DNA of 58,667 nt, counting the filler, from Basidiobolus ranarum (Eukaryota): assembly GCA_040143965.1 (NCBI GenBank). It is 4 parts of 4 records of this genome, joined end to end, with 100 filler letters (N's around TTAATTAATTAA, not from the genome) between each part and the next. Parts side by side here need not be neighbours in the genome. Positions count along the whole stretch, not along the records: positions 1 to 14,635 come from JASJQH010007293.1; positions 14,736 to 29,355 come from JASJQH010007294.1; 2 more parts are not named here. The stretch is one strand, 5' to 3'. Under the pieces are notes generated by a model. It ran no database searches and had not been told where the DNA came from. It saw only the letters and a program-made list of their open reading frames with translations. Positions 12,201 to 25,181 of this stretch are shown here, piece by piece (positions within the stretch are counted from its first letter, which is position 1; each line of letters opens with the position of its first letter). The translations under genes and the position numbers were made by a program.

Positions 12201-12373
12201 AAATCTCCACTAGCTTCTTGTGTGGCAAAAAGTAAATCTTCATCTGACCATTCAGCAAATAACTCTTTTAAAGTGGATAGCTGAGTAGAATAGAGCTTGC
12301 GAAGAGTTTTAACTTCATCTGGTTCATCTTTATTGGATTTTGGACGAGTGGAAGGGTTCACGCGTGAACTCAT
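9222..12373 (-). CDS. DEF1: Def1/UBAP2-like protein: N-terminal CUE domain, C-terminal Q/Y/G-rich low-complexity region; 7 exons; apparent frameshift near 10353
   Basis: Exons 12373-12172, 12085-11945, 11849-11751, 11681-11384, 11317-10745, 10667-10113 and 10058-9222. CUE-like [50 protein letters not shown] and PVVMPGG...VQFGSL motifs, Gln-rich tail. Confidence 0.75.
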
Positions 12374-14635
12374 TGTGTGTAGTGTATCACGTATAGGTAT
12401 TGGAAGAAAGAGTGTGAAAGAGATAGGGTTGTAGCAAACGAAGCTTGAATTAAATGAATGCAGCAAAGGCCTTTTTCAATTGACTCGGCTTACGAAACAG
12501 TTTTAGGGCACGTGTCCAATCTGATTGTGATTTTATTACGAGGATTGATTGATTTTTGCATTCATCAATTTATATGCTTGGTGAGCAAGGCCACCAACAT
12601 CAGGCAATATACTCACCTGATACACTTTGCAAGACCCTCCTAACGGTTACAATATCAGAGAATGAACGAAAAAGCATTGTAAAACTTTACGCAAAAGAAC
12701 TCATGAATGTAACTAGGTCAAATTGTGACCACAGAAGAAGATGTAAGTTCGTAATTTAAATTGACTTTTGACTGCATAGAGTTGATGTATGGAATTTGAT
12801 ATTCCAACCAGGAAAACAAAGTCTTATAGTTACCCGAAACAAATGATTCTGTACTCAGCATCACTTTGATATGATAACACTGGGTGCGTAGTAAATGATA
12901 TGAGCCTGTTTCTTTCAATGCAGAGCTACCATCATAGAACAATCGATCCAGATCTTTCCAATGATTTCAGTGTACACTGAAGTATTAAATACTCAGATGA
13001 TAATGAATCAAGGTGAAATTAGGAATTATAGGCATAAATGGTTTAATTGGTTGTTAATATAAGCTGTATATGACGCAGTCCGAACCAATACACATCAACT
13101 CGCATCGAATATGATCCATAACAATCACTACTCGTCATATAATTCCACATACATTACCCTCGTAGTAGATTGATTTGACTGTCTAGACCACAACATACGC
13201 AAGCTTCTTGTGACAACTGATGAGCAGAAAATGCCTACTTACTAGTAGCCTCTCAACGTAGCATTTACCCAAGTTCCAGTCCAAAGGTTTAACTGCAATA
13301 TAAGAGATTCGAAAGGATTCAACCATACAAAAACAATGCCAATTGAGAGTTTGACCATGAACAAATTAGGAGCAAGAACAATTTAACCTAGCACTCACTT
13401 TAAATGATTGGTTTGCTTATCTGGGGTAACAAAATACCATTTGTCTGCGGGTTATTGGTAATTACCAAAATTATAGACATAATATGATGAAATCCACATA
13501 TCCGATTAGCAAATACCTACAAGGCATATTTTTACGCTTCGAGGTGTGACTTTATTTTTTGGAGTCTTGAATCAGCATATGAAGGTGTATTAAGACCTCA
13601 TGATGAATTTCAATGCTTCGTATTGCTGTGAATCAATTACGATATTGGAGATAGTTAGTTCGAACCCCTATGGTGTTGTTGAATAACACATGTTGCTGCA
13701 TAGGGCCCAGAAATCTGTCTCTCACTTTACAAAATTTACAACTGAAATGTGCCCTAACAGTTTCGTTCTCTGATTTAGGGGCTGAATGATTAGACGCTTT
13801 AGAGCTAATTGGAAATTTGTGTGGCCACATTATCGAACAACCTACCTACTAGAACGATCTCAAAATGAATCCAAGGAGTTGATTGGAGAGCCTCTTTTAA
13901 CGTTGTATGATTATCTTTCCTTATCTGGTATCTTAGATTATGTGGAGCATATGAATCATCGCGCCATAGTTTTGACTGGATGATCCTTATTGAGTGCCGC
14001 ATCAATATAATAACAATAATATAAACAGTAGTAATAAGCGCACTTGTGTAGTCTGGAGATTTTGGTTAGAAGATTCGTTTATGCTTGTTGGTGAATTATG
14101 GTTCATGAAATTGGTTTCTCTATGCCCAGGGTTGTTCAGAGAATATTGAAAATCAACTATTTTGTACAACATATTTCTCACTTACTAATAGCTTACAGCT
14201 GAATAGTAGTTGTGAAGGAACAAAGTAGCCAGAGGGACTTGCTCAAACACCATTTGTAGGTGGAAACGCTAAGATAGCACTGTGATAACTTGTAAAAGGT
14301 ATTCCTTACATGGTATTAAGTTTCCATTGATCTTCACGTTAGCCAGAGCAAGATCATTCAATGCTTGTTTTTCATTATGTACTATGTGCCTCCAAACTCT
14401 CTATTACAAGCATCGAGGCGTGGGTATTAGAAACAACTATAAACGAACAGTACGCAAATCTTTGGGCAACTTTGATTCACCAATACTATCATTGCATCAA
14501 ATTTTGTAGGATCTGACATATTTGAGTGATGCACTCATACATTCTCATTTTGGCTCTACTTTTGAAAAGTACCTTAGCTTATAGTATTATATTAATCAAT
14601 GAAAATAATGCTTTTACAATAATAAAGAGACAGAA

Positions 14636-14735
14636 NNNNNNNNNNNNNNNNNNNNNNNNNNNNNNNNNNNNNNNNNNNNTTAATTAATTAANNNNNNNNN
14701 NNNNNNNNNNNNNNNNNNNNNNNNNNNNNNNNNNN
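14636..14735. other. Artificial contig-joining linker N44-TTAATTAATTAA-N44
   Basis: Exactly 100 nt with a palindromic core giving stop codons in all six frames; identical at three sites. Confidence 0.98.
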
Positions 14736-14997
14736 TCACCCGCTGCTATTCTCCATCTTTGTAAACGGTTTGTGCGCTAAGAATTCCTTCACTTATTCCA
14801 TTCCCTTTCCTTCCCTCTCCTTCCCTGTTTGCACTTCTCTCCACTCCTTCACTTATCGTATTGGTGGTTTCTTTATATTTTAAAGCTAATCTCTCTTTCA
14901 ACTTGTACTTGGTACACGCCACTGACTGGTTTCGGCGTGCTGATTCCCATATCCTTGACCCTACTTTTATTGAGTCTACAGAACTTTCTCCAAGTAA

Positions 14998-16521
14998 ATG
15001 AAATACGTTTATTCTTTAACCGACCGTTGGGTAAGTTGCATGCTTGACTTGATGATTTTCTTTTCCTCATCAAAGAACTTAAAATCCTCATGCGTCGTAG
15101 TTTGGCGCTTCTAGATATGTGCGTATCTCCATGCTATCTTCGTTATTGCAAGCTGTTGTAGTATCTGCCTTAGAGTTCGTATTATATAGTATGCATCGTA
15201 TACAGCTTTCAGCGTATACACAGGCAAAGAAATCAATTCCTGCCAATGACGAAGCACTTGGTGTTTACTACATTTTGTTTATTGCCTCACAACTATTTCA
15301 ATTAATCCTCTGTTTGGATGCTGTAAGTGTTTAGCTTCACTTGTGGTATCTTTATCAGTACTAATTTTTTTGTGGGCTTAGACGTATAATAAGAACACTA
15401 TACAAATTATTGCGTTGGCTATTTTTAACTTCCTGCAATTGGGTTATTCAATCCTACAGCATGTTCAAGCTCAAAATATCATGCATAGTGAAGATTACAA
15501 CTACAATAACACCTCACGGAATCTTGAATACGCCATTATCGCCCTAATGCTTATATTCTCCTTGAATTTTGCTTATCAAGCGTATCAACTTTACCAAGAA
15601 TACGGATGGAATATCTACAAAAAAATCGGTGCTGATCTACGCATGAGATGTAAATATTGCTGTATGAACGAAATCTACTCAAACCACTTCTAAATTTTGT
15701 TGAATTTTCTGTAGCAATGTATAAAGTATATCAGATTCTACTTATGCTCTTGAAGTTAGACGGGTTCTTCTTACTTGGATTCTCAATTCAATACTTGATC
15801 CTGGTCATTAAAAATGCTGGCTCAAACAATGACGACGAGTTGATCATCCATGTAACTGTTTCTGTATGTGGTACTGTCTCAATGATGATTCTTTCCTTCT
15901 GGGCGGTAAGTGTATCTTGTAGCCACCATTGAGTTGACAGCGTGAGTAATGTTTGTTGTTTCAATTTCAGCTGCGCGCCGAAAATCGTTTCGGAATCATC
16001 GTGTTTATGCTTGCTTGTTGCGGGACACTTGGCTACTTGATGTACAAACTTATCATCATGCACACAGCAAGTGGTTCCATTAGCTATACGTGTAAAATTC
16101 AAAGACTTAGCTTCCAGATGGATGGTTGTGATCGCTTTGCTGGATCCCGATATTCTCTCACTTTCTTCGGTAATTGAATGGCAACTTATTATTCGAACCA
16201 CATTGAAGCTAACACCCTTTACTTTGTAGTTATCGTATGCCTTCTTTTGGTATTTGTATGTAGATCTTTCTTCATATTAATTTTGGGATCCATTGCTTAT
16301 TCAACTTTCATCTAAAAGGCTACCATCGTCGAAACCTACAAGGCGCTTAGAAACTTTGGCCAGGGGCTCAAGCAACATAGTAAGTGAACCCAATAGTTAT
16401 CGTAAGCACAAACGAACCATTTTCTTATTTTATTATGACAGTTAATCGCACTGCAGTCAATTGGAATGGATCCCTTAACCTTGAGAGCCCTGAATCTCAA
16501 AAAAGATGGTCAATAGAATAA
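14998..16521 (+). CDS. Multi-pass membrane protein, fungal UPF0658 (Golgi membrane protein)-like family; ~8 exons
   Basis: Exons about 14998-15030, 15101-15322, 15382-15649, 15715-15905, 15971-16169, 16230-16255, 16319-16379 and 16442-16521. Motifs DA..NKNTIQII, EYGWNIYKKIGADLRM, LLKLDGFF, NFGQGLK; several hydrophobic helices. Confidence 0.75.
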
Positions 16522-18047
16522 GAATCAAGTATTTGATGGAGAGACCTTTGACGAACATTTTGCTTGGCAATTGGAATATTGTTTACACTACATTACTCAG
16601 ACTGATCACTTTGTATATTCGCTTCCAGACTTGAGGAATGCGCTGCATCTCTACTCACTGTTCGTGTATTCGACAGACCATAAAACTTTAATTCTTCTTT
16701 TTGCCACTTCATGCTCCAGATATATCATATTTATTTAAACCGCTTGTTTGGTCTGTTACAACCAACCGATTCTTTCCTCGTCTTGAAAACATATCCTTAC
16801 GATGAAATATCCATTTCTTACTTCCCTTTGCTCCATTCCACCCATTTTTTGCTTCATTCTTGATCCAAGACACTAAGTAACCCCAACCATTTCCAATCCC
16901 GTTTGATACTCTTTAACATTCTATCCTAGATTCATTGATTTCCAAATGAGTGATTTTACTTTGTGATTTCCATGTTCTCTCTTATGGGAATTGTAACATT
17001 CTAATACTTTGGAATCCTTCATGTCAACACACAATATATTTGTAAAAACCTTGAAAGAGAGGCTCATTAGCATTTTGGTTGATTAAAAATTCTTCTACTA
17101 AACCATAAGAAACCGGTATAATCTAGTGAGAATAGAAATGCTGCATCACCCCACCTATCGGGTGAACATTAACAACACCTCCCCCTCCCCTTCCCCCAAA
17201 TAGGAAACCCATTCCTCTCATGCTCGGTTATTTTTCTCAGATGCTCAATAATGTGTACAATAGATATGTTCTTACACTAAGAATCATATTCTTGATCGGT
17301 TTAGTTCCCAATTGAGTTGTACAAATTACAATCCTACTCCAATTTATGGGTCAGTATGAAAGACCGACCCATTGCCCAATGATTCAAGTAAATATCCTAT
17401 GCTATAAAAATCCACTTCATTCTTTAGAATAATCACCTGTGCCATCATTTGATTATTCTATGAGTCAGAAACAAATGATGCATCCAATTCAGTCAATATC
17501 TGTGCATACTGTGTAAGATAAAGCGTCCTTCTGCGGATGGTCTAGCTTTATCGCATAGAATGTTCATTATATTTGTCTCATTTTAAGCTTTACATCACTC
17601 ACTATCGGTATCGATTACTGTCTGCCTTGCGTCAATGAGATAACATTAACAATATAATACAGTCAAAATAATTCCCTGTAGCTGATTAAGTTTAAGACAA
17701 TTTCTACGAGATGGCTGATTATTACTCGCTAATAGTTAACAAGTGTAAAGTCAGATAGATTGACATGTTTAATCAGAGTTAAACAGATTTTAAATCGTTT
17801 TAAAAGAACTTGTATCTTTGCATATATCAGTCAATGGTGTAAATGATATACTATATCGAACATTGGTTTGTTTAGACATATAGTTTCTCCACTTTAACAA
17901 GAACCCCAACTCTGAATGACATACTTATTAGCATTGGAACTTGATATAGCAGAAAGGATTTTAGAAAGTGTAGCTTATAAAGCATCTTAAGTCATGATAT
18001 AGGAATCAAAGATGATTTTATTATGTGCTGTAATTTGAGCATGTAAA

Positions 18048-18125
18048 TGTTGAAATTAGCATTGCCTAAATACCTATATAGTCATATATAGCTTAGTATT
18101 TAGTTATCTTATATTGAACTAAGAT
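18048..18125 (-). repeat. Inverted partial copy (right end) of the ~345-bp solo-LTR-like repeat
   Basis: Near-exact reverse complement of 35466-35543; begins TGTTGAAATTAG. Confidence 0.8.
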
Positions 18126-18190
18126 CTAGGGACGATTGGATATATATAACCTGGAAACCGGTTTCCTTTTGATGGAGTATATATCATAAA

Positions 18191-18530
18191 TGTTGAAGAA
18201 TTTTAGGAGTTGTTGGAAGTGGTTTGGAGGACTAGAAGACTTGGTTGCTTTCACTTGATGATTTATTGAGTGTAAGTTAATATTTATAGCTTTTTCAGAA
18301 TATAAGCAAACAAACATGTAGAATGTGCTAGGAAAAGTCCCAGCTACATGTGTGCAAAGTCTGGGGTCTCTAGCATAAGTCTGAAAAATCTATATATCTG
18401 AGAACTTTTGAGTTGGTGTCAATATTCAAAGTAAATTCCTCTTGATTATAGTGAGCAATATCTTAGTAAATATGGAATAACCAAATACTATTATTGCTAT
18501 ATAGATTTTTAGGCTATGCTAATTTCAACA
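18191..18530 (+). mobile_element. Solo-LTR-like element (340 bp, TGTTGAA...TTCAACA)
   Basis: Colinear homology along its length with 35195-35543. TG...CA termini with 7-bp terminal inverted repeat; flanks ATAAA/GTAAA (5-bp TSD with one mismatch). Orientation is arbitrary. Confidence 0.75.
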
Positions 18531-19251
18531 GTAAATTCTTCATGAATTTATTGAATAATAGCATAGTGAAACTTAGGCAGCTAACTATATTACTATATAG
18601 ACCCTTAAACTTATGGCATTTTCAACAATAAATTCATGAATTTATAAAGCAACTAGTGATTATGTCTAATATAAATATTCAAGTGATTAATTACACTTTG
18701 CTTCAAATGATTGCAGTATTCAAGCTGTGTTCTTGAAAGAATAACTGACATAAAATAATCAATATCCCAGCTATTGATGGAATTTGATATTGGAAGATTT
18801 CAGCTTTGAGTAATTATCCAAGATTCATATATATCTTGATGTATATATTAGGGCACGTACTCTTTAGAATTAGCACCACAACATAAAGACTTGCATAATT
18901 ACTATCCTTGACAGAAATTACTGAAGCTTCCTCTTTCCTAGTGTTGGGTATCATTATTGATCATTTGAAGGAGTATAGCTCGAAATGGTTGGAAGCAATT
19001 TCGAAAATATTCGTTTTTCATATATTTTTTTGCTATGAACACTGTTAGTTAAAAGCAATCAATGCAACTCAAATTACGGAACTCGATTAAATCCAACAAT
19101 ATTAGGAGTGAATTTATACAACAAAATTTGATCATATATGAAGTGGCGATTTGGAGAAGAAAAAAAACGCGTATTTGTTTGGTGATATAGTGAATGAATA
19201 TCTTGTCTTTGACTTATTCTAAAGAATCCTCCTAGACTACCACTTCACAAA

Positions 19252-19624
19252 ATGAGCAAAGCACCCATTCCTGAACTTAAGAAGTAAGTTATATAGAAAT
19301 ATCAACGTAACAAATCATAGAGATTCGTTCAAGATCTAACTTTCCCTCATCTACCAGATATATGGATAAACATTTGTTTATTCAACTAAATGGCTCTCGT
19401 AAAGTTACTGGAGTACTCCGTGGATTTGATCCTTTCATGAACATTGTATTAGATGATGCTATTGAAGAAGTTTCCTCTACTGAAAAACACAACATCGGCA
19501 TGGTGGTAAGTTCATATTCGATCTTTCCAATTCAATATCCAAGTTTATTTACTAATATATCTCTATTGTAAAGGTCATTCGTGGTAACAGTGTTGTTATG
19601 CTGGAGGCACTCGAACGAATTTAG
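19252..19624 (+). CDS. SNRPG: Small nuclear ribonucleoprotein G (SmG), 3 exons
   Basis: Exons 19252-19283, 19358-19505 and 19574-19624 give [44 protein letters not shown]...IGMVVIRGNSVVMLEALERI. Confidence 0.96.
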
Positions 19625-19985
19625 CGTTTCTTTTCTGGAGTTATTTGTTACAATTCTTAGCGTGTACATCTGTATGAAATAAAGAAAGTTCCGAGAAAAT
19701 CATGGTATTCAAGTTATTTCGCTCAACAAGACTTCAAAGGGTATATTAGATACGAAGCAGACGAGGATATTTATTGTGTATATATTAGTATACTCTCTAT
19801 ATGAATGGTAGAAGTGGAGAAAGAATTATTCTTAAATCAGATTACTATTACGAAGTCTATAGTCGACGCTGTTGTTGTAGTTGGAATGAATGTTAACGCA
19901 ATATATTAATCTGGGGAGACCGTCTTATGTATGATTATGAATGTTTAAACAGATGAATGCACAGATAATATACAAGTAACGATAC

Positions 19986-21512
19986 TCAATGAGTAGCTAG
20001 CCATGTTTCTCTTGAAACGCTACGCAATACACCGTGTGCCTTCTCTTGTCCGATAGTGGTCCATTCTCCACTGTAATTATGTCCAGGATAGACCATAGTG
20101 TTGTCATCGAGGTCTTTAAGTACCTGCTGAAGAGATTTGAACATATCCAATTTACACGCACCAGGAAGATCCAAGCGACCACATGTCCCTAAGAAGAGGG
20201 TGTCTCCAGAAAACAGACGTGACTCGTTCACCAACAAGCATTGACTACCAGGCGTATGTCCAGGTGTGTGTAGAAAACGGACCTTACTCTCGGTCCCTAA
20301 ATTTAATTGGAAATTATGAGTGGTAGGAATAATCCGATTTGGATCTAGTTCGGGGTTGGATTCTCTAACATAATGGATATCTTCTTGATGAATATATGCT
20401 CTGACATGGGGCCATTTTTTTATAATGGTAGAGAGCCCGGTCACTTTGATTGGAAATTGATTAAACGGTGGTGGTGGCGTTCCTAAATTCAAAGTGTTAC
20501 TTCTGACCTCTTCTAATAAAGATATTCTCCCCTACCTCCCACATGATCAAAATGATAGTGCGTAACCACAGCCCCAATACAATGAAGCTTCTCACGTTTA
20601 ACGACCTCCATGATGCCTTGTGCGTCCCAACACTGAACAATGTGAAAATGTCATTAAAAGAGATTTCTCAGCAACATCAAAGGCTCTCCCATCCTCACTT
20701 ACTGCATCTACTATGATACACAGTCTTGAAACGACATCTGCGATAATGTAGACAAAGTTTCGCATCTCAATGGCGTACTCGAATATCTTATTTTGAATTG
20801 GATGGAAGGCATTGGGGACTGCGATGTCTTTGCCTGGCGAGAGTTGTATTATCATGAGTCCTAAATTTAGAATAATATGAATATTTCTATTCCCATACTT
20901 CCAACTAACCACCATCACCTTTCTCAATATCTTCTGCCAAATACCTGCATTTTATCAGGTGAGTCCGGGCCTCAATAGAAGTAGAATCCTTGTATCCAGA
21001 GGGTATAATGTTAAATAAAATCCTAGTATCATTCATGCATTTGGATCTGGATTTACCAATGCTATTGATTTCTGATATTGATCTGCCGCTTCTTTAAATC
21101 GACGTAAACCATAAAACGCTTCAGCCAGTCGAAAATACCCCTAATTGACGGAAATATAAGCCAGAGTTAACAACCTGGAACTTCTTTTCTTCGTGAATGA
21201 ATGTCGTTATGTATGTGTGAAATTCTCTTTTCCTACTTTGCTCCAGTCTGGTTTTAGTTTTATAACTATTTCGGCATCTTTCATGGAGTCAATTAGACAA
21301 CCAAAGTGAAAATATGCTGTAGATCTATTGAAAAGAAGGAGTGATAAGAAATGTTGGGCTCCTGGCTCTTCAGCAACTGTTTTCGTTTTAATAAGTGCTT
21401 TGGTGTAGAAATTGATAGCTTCTTTATATTGCTGCTTATGAAGGTAACTATCCCCCTGAGATATGAGTCGATAGAGTGCACCGTCTGGTGCTGCAGGTCT
21501 AGTCAAAGTCAT
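19986..21512 (-). CDS. TPR domain fused to glyoxalase II-like MBL-fold hydrolase; 6 exons, ~393 aa
   Basis: Exons 21512-21237, 21140-21057, 20988-20919, 20860-20703, 20632-20536 and 20482-19986 are all phase-compatible. TPR motifs (YKEAINFYTKAL, NRSTAY, PDWSKGYFRLAEA) precede MRNFVYII, VDACWD, THYHFDHVGG, HTPGHTPGS, FSGDTLF and YPGH. Confidence 0.82.
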
Positions 21513-22699
21513 GAATGTAACGATATGTTATGTTTGTGAGTACTCGAGTCGCATAAAAGTGAACAATATATATATGTAGCTTTTCGTGCACAGAAGAATA
21601 CGATTAGGTTAAAATTGGAGAAAATCGGGGAAGTGGAGTTTTTAAGTTGTCAAGTGGAACAAGAAAATCTTTGGAACGTTCTTTACGAAAAATGTTGGTT
21701 ACTCAACGTGGCTGGAAATTAAATTTTCTCCTTAACCTACTAAACTCTCGTCAGCAAGTCTCTTGAAAGAGGTACAAGCCTTGTGGAACTAGTATTAATA
21801 AACATACCCCTCTGGTGTGTAACTAGAGTGCGGATTACTAGTTCAGGTTGATTTTCATTTCATTTGTACAACCGTATAACAGCGAGATAGAATAGAGATA
21901 CGGTACTATTAGCAACTAAAGACCATACATAGTCACATGCTGTTACGAGAGAAAAAGGCCCTTAGATCGATAATGCCTTGATAAAATGATTGATTATGAA
22001 CTAAATTCTACTGGGTAGAGAAGTTGGTAAAAGGGAAAGTGAACCGCCTGTGGAACAGAGAGTGGTGGCTGCATACATGAACAAGATCGTAGATGGAAAA
22101 ATATAAAAGATAAAGGAGCGTCCAACAAAACCATTGTAGGTTGTATACCGCCCAATCTCTATCAGGTACTTTTCTTCCACTCAATATAAAACAAGTAATG
22201 CTTTCTATGAAATCAAAATAGCAATGTCCATGAAACAGGGTTATATTTAGTTTAACCCTTAAACATCAATTTTTACGGAATTTGTTTCCAAGATGCATTA
22301 GACATACAAGTAACTTGACTACGCTTCAGCACCAGAACTTTTACTGTGATGGATGAAAGATTAGAAACATTATGTCTGATGAAGTTTAACTTCCAACATA
22401 GAGTGACCTAATCTAAAACAACCAATGGATATAGATCTGGTTAATAAAATAGGGAAAACTCCATGAAAAATCACCAATCCAGCTAGATATTTAAGGTGAA
22501 AGAAATTTCTGTTGGTTGAGAACCGTTGTGACCACTACATTTTGAAACCCTATCAATTTTGCTGTCCATAAACGTCATCCAGGTAACGTTTGGGCGTTTT
22601 CTGCAAATTTGACGCGCTATTCTCTGTTGAACGTAAAAATTCCATTATCATAAACCACTACTCTAGAAATCTTCTTTGCTATAGACTACATCTATTAGA

Positions 22700-23884
22700 A
22701 TGAGTCCCCCAACAATCGACATTCGTTTAGAGCATGAGTTTATTATCTTTAATGGAACTGCTTCCGAATCTGTTGGTTCAGTTTTACGCGGTGCTTTTGT
22801 CCTTACTTTCCCTGATAGTTTAAAGGTGAAATCGATCAAACTCATGTTAGAAGGGAAGTTACGAATATTCTGGCCAACCGGTACTTATTTAGTCTGATAT
22901 TTCTTATTATTTTATTATTCCTCAATAATCATAATGGAATCTTTTTCCTGTCAACTTTCAGTGTTGAATACACCGCAGGTAAAGAGCTTCAGACAACGAG
23001 TATTTAGTCATAATTGGACATTCATGGAATCAACCCAATTTCTATCACAAACTGTACAAGCGGGAACTTATACGTATGATTTCATGCTTCCTCTAAGTGG
23101 ACAACTTCCAGAGACCATCCATTCCCAACATGGAGGCATCGTGTACACTTTGAGAGGTGTAGTTGAACGACCGGCATTTTGTAACAACTATGTAATTGAG
23201 AAGGAGGTAGTCATAAAGCGATACGCTTCACCCTCAAATACTGAATTAATGCACTCAACCATCGTGTCGGACGTATGGAATGAAAAACTATTCTTTGAAA
23301 TATTCATTCCTATGGCTGGTTATGGTGTTGGAGAAACCATCCCGGTCCGATTCAGACTACAATCACTAAGTAAAGATCTGAAATTACGTGGAGTTGGATG
23401 TCTACTCAAAGAATATACTACTTATAATTCACCCCTAATTGGATTCTCTAAAACCACTTCTAGATTGATTGATCAATCTTTGGACGATTTTTTCCCAGAT
23501 CAAGAAGAGGCTTGGGGAAAGATGTTGTACTTTGTGGTCCCAAAAGATCCTAGAAGTGTTCAACCTGATTGTGAAACCGATTCTATCGTAGTGAAGCACA
23601 AACTTAAACTTAAAATTGAATTTGAAGAGTACCCGAAATGTATACGCATCATTCTAGCCGCGGTCCCCGTTATCATCATCGCCACCTCAGCTGGTGATCT
23701 ATTCAATGAGCTACCTAGGTATCAGGCCTCCTTTGAGAGACGTTTCTCTGTTATATCATTACCACCGGCCTATGATAACTCAGTTGCCAGAAAATCGATT
23801 AGCGCCGGTATGTCAGGTATACCATTGCCTAATCGTCAAGCTCGTGGGAGCAGATCTGGCAGCTATTCCGTACTACAAAGCTAA
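22700..23884 (+). CDS. Alpha-arrestin (ART/Rod1/CreD-like) ubiquitin-ligase adaptor, 2 exons
   Basis: Intron 22881-22961. Arrestin_N/C motifs GTYTYDFMLPLSGQLPETI, IVYTLRGVVERP and IVVKHKLK; C-terminal PY motifs LPRY and PPAY. Confidence 0.88.
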
Positions 23885-24611
23885 CCTTCTCCGTTGACTG
23901 AACTTTCTTATCCACTATGTTGTATATATTCAAGTACTGATTTATATTGGAGAATGTCAATTATGTTTCCATAACTTATTATTCTAGAATCCACATCCGT
24001 TCAATAAACCCTCTCCTCATTCTCAACAATATATATGATGTGCATTTATGGATCCCTTGGCACCGCTAACCCACTTGGTTTACCTCAGATTGAATGATTC
24101 ACTCTCTGGGACTAATATGACGTGGAAATGAGTGTTCAATGCTATCGTAAGATTGCATATATTCGTCTGATTAGTCACCAATGACTCTTTGAGTTTAATT
24201 AATCCGATCAAGCCTCAATTTGCTCAATGATAATGCTTAGCAATCACGATTTCATAATCACGCAACATTAACACATACCACATTCTAAAGGATTTCTGAT
24301 TTTCAAAATGTTTAATTTAATGTACAATTAATGTTAATGAGGCAAAAACATAATAACATCTGACCATTAAAATCTGAAGAATGCATTCCAATTAAATCCC
24401 ACCTTCGGAGAGAGGGTGGAGAGAATTAGAGTCAAAATTATATATACATGTTATTTTACATTATTCCATAAACCACATCAATGAAGGTAATTGGGGTGGT
24501 TTACACATCATAAAAGGTTAACTTATGAAGACACGCGATCAACGCTTCCCCAAGAGGAATAGAAATAACTTCAGAGACCACGAATCAACCAAGGTGTGAT
24601 AATTGTTGAAT

Positions 24612-25181
24612 TTAGATAAAGCAAAGTTCTGCCTTATATTTCTCCAAAAATTCCTTGATATCACGATCATTGACCCACACGTTGTAATTCAATAGTTCAA
24701 GTAACTCTTTCTCCATCCTACTGACCTCCTGGGTAGTGAAAACCCCAGAGATCTCTGCCATAGTACGATTATTTAGTCCTTCTTTCCCATATAGGAATTT
24801 GGACGCCACCAATAAACTGGCTAGAAAGATACGATGGGAGGTACCATATTCGCCTTTTGCTCTTGGTGGAAGTTTGACTTTCAAACGGTAAATGTACATC
24901 AAGGCAACTATGCCAGTGATGGCATCAATACGTGAACGTTCAGCTACACGTTCGATAAATAACAGTAACTCGGGAAGTGTGATGTTCGTCATGGGACGAG
25001 CTTTACAATTGAGAACACTACACATGGATTCAGCGGTAAAATCTTTGGAGGAAATCAGGTTAGAAACTGTTGTAAATGATATTTCATATTGATAATCAAT
25101 GAACTTACTTATTAATGTATTAGGAATGGGTTTGTAGGCAGGGCAGTTGTTAGCTTGAGTACGATCGATAGTAGCAGTCAT
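24612..25181 (-). CDS. Pho85-type (Pcl/Pho80 family) cyclin, intronless, ~189 aa
   Basis: Cyclin box LPELLLFIERVAERS...ALMYIYRLK...GTSHRIFLASLLVASKFL...VSRMEKELLELLNYNVWV. ATG at 25181 follows an AT-rich leader. Confidence 0.87.
   Translation of the reverse strand: MTATIDRTQANNCPAYKPIPNTLISKFIDYQYEISFTTVSNLISSKDFTAESMCSVLNCKARPMTNITLPELLLFIERVAERSRIDAITGIVALMYIYRLKVKLPPRAKGEYGTSHRIFLASLLVASKFLYGKEGLNNRTMAEISGVFTTQEVSRMEKELLELLNYNVWVNDRDIKEFLEKYKAELCFI

Noticed and set aside
13380..14560. Short ORFs possibly representing a transposon or gene relic
   Set aside because: No identifiable domain motif in any frame I examined.
14680..14691. TTAATTAATTAA palindrome recurring every ~14.7 kb as a biological periodic element
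   Set aside because: Always centred in exactly 44+44 Ns; it is a synthetic linker.
16092..16117. GT...AG segment in the UPF0658-like gene as an intron
   Set aside because: Only 26 nt, the frame reads through it, and removing it leads to a stop.
432..21512. Two MBL-fold genes as a duplicated pair or a beta-lactam resistance locus
   Set aside because: Different subfamilies on different contigs, and neither has class B beta-lactamase features or a signal peptide.
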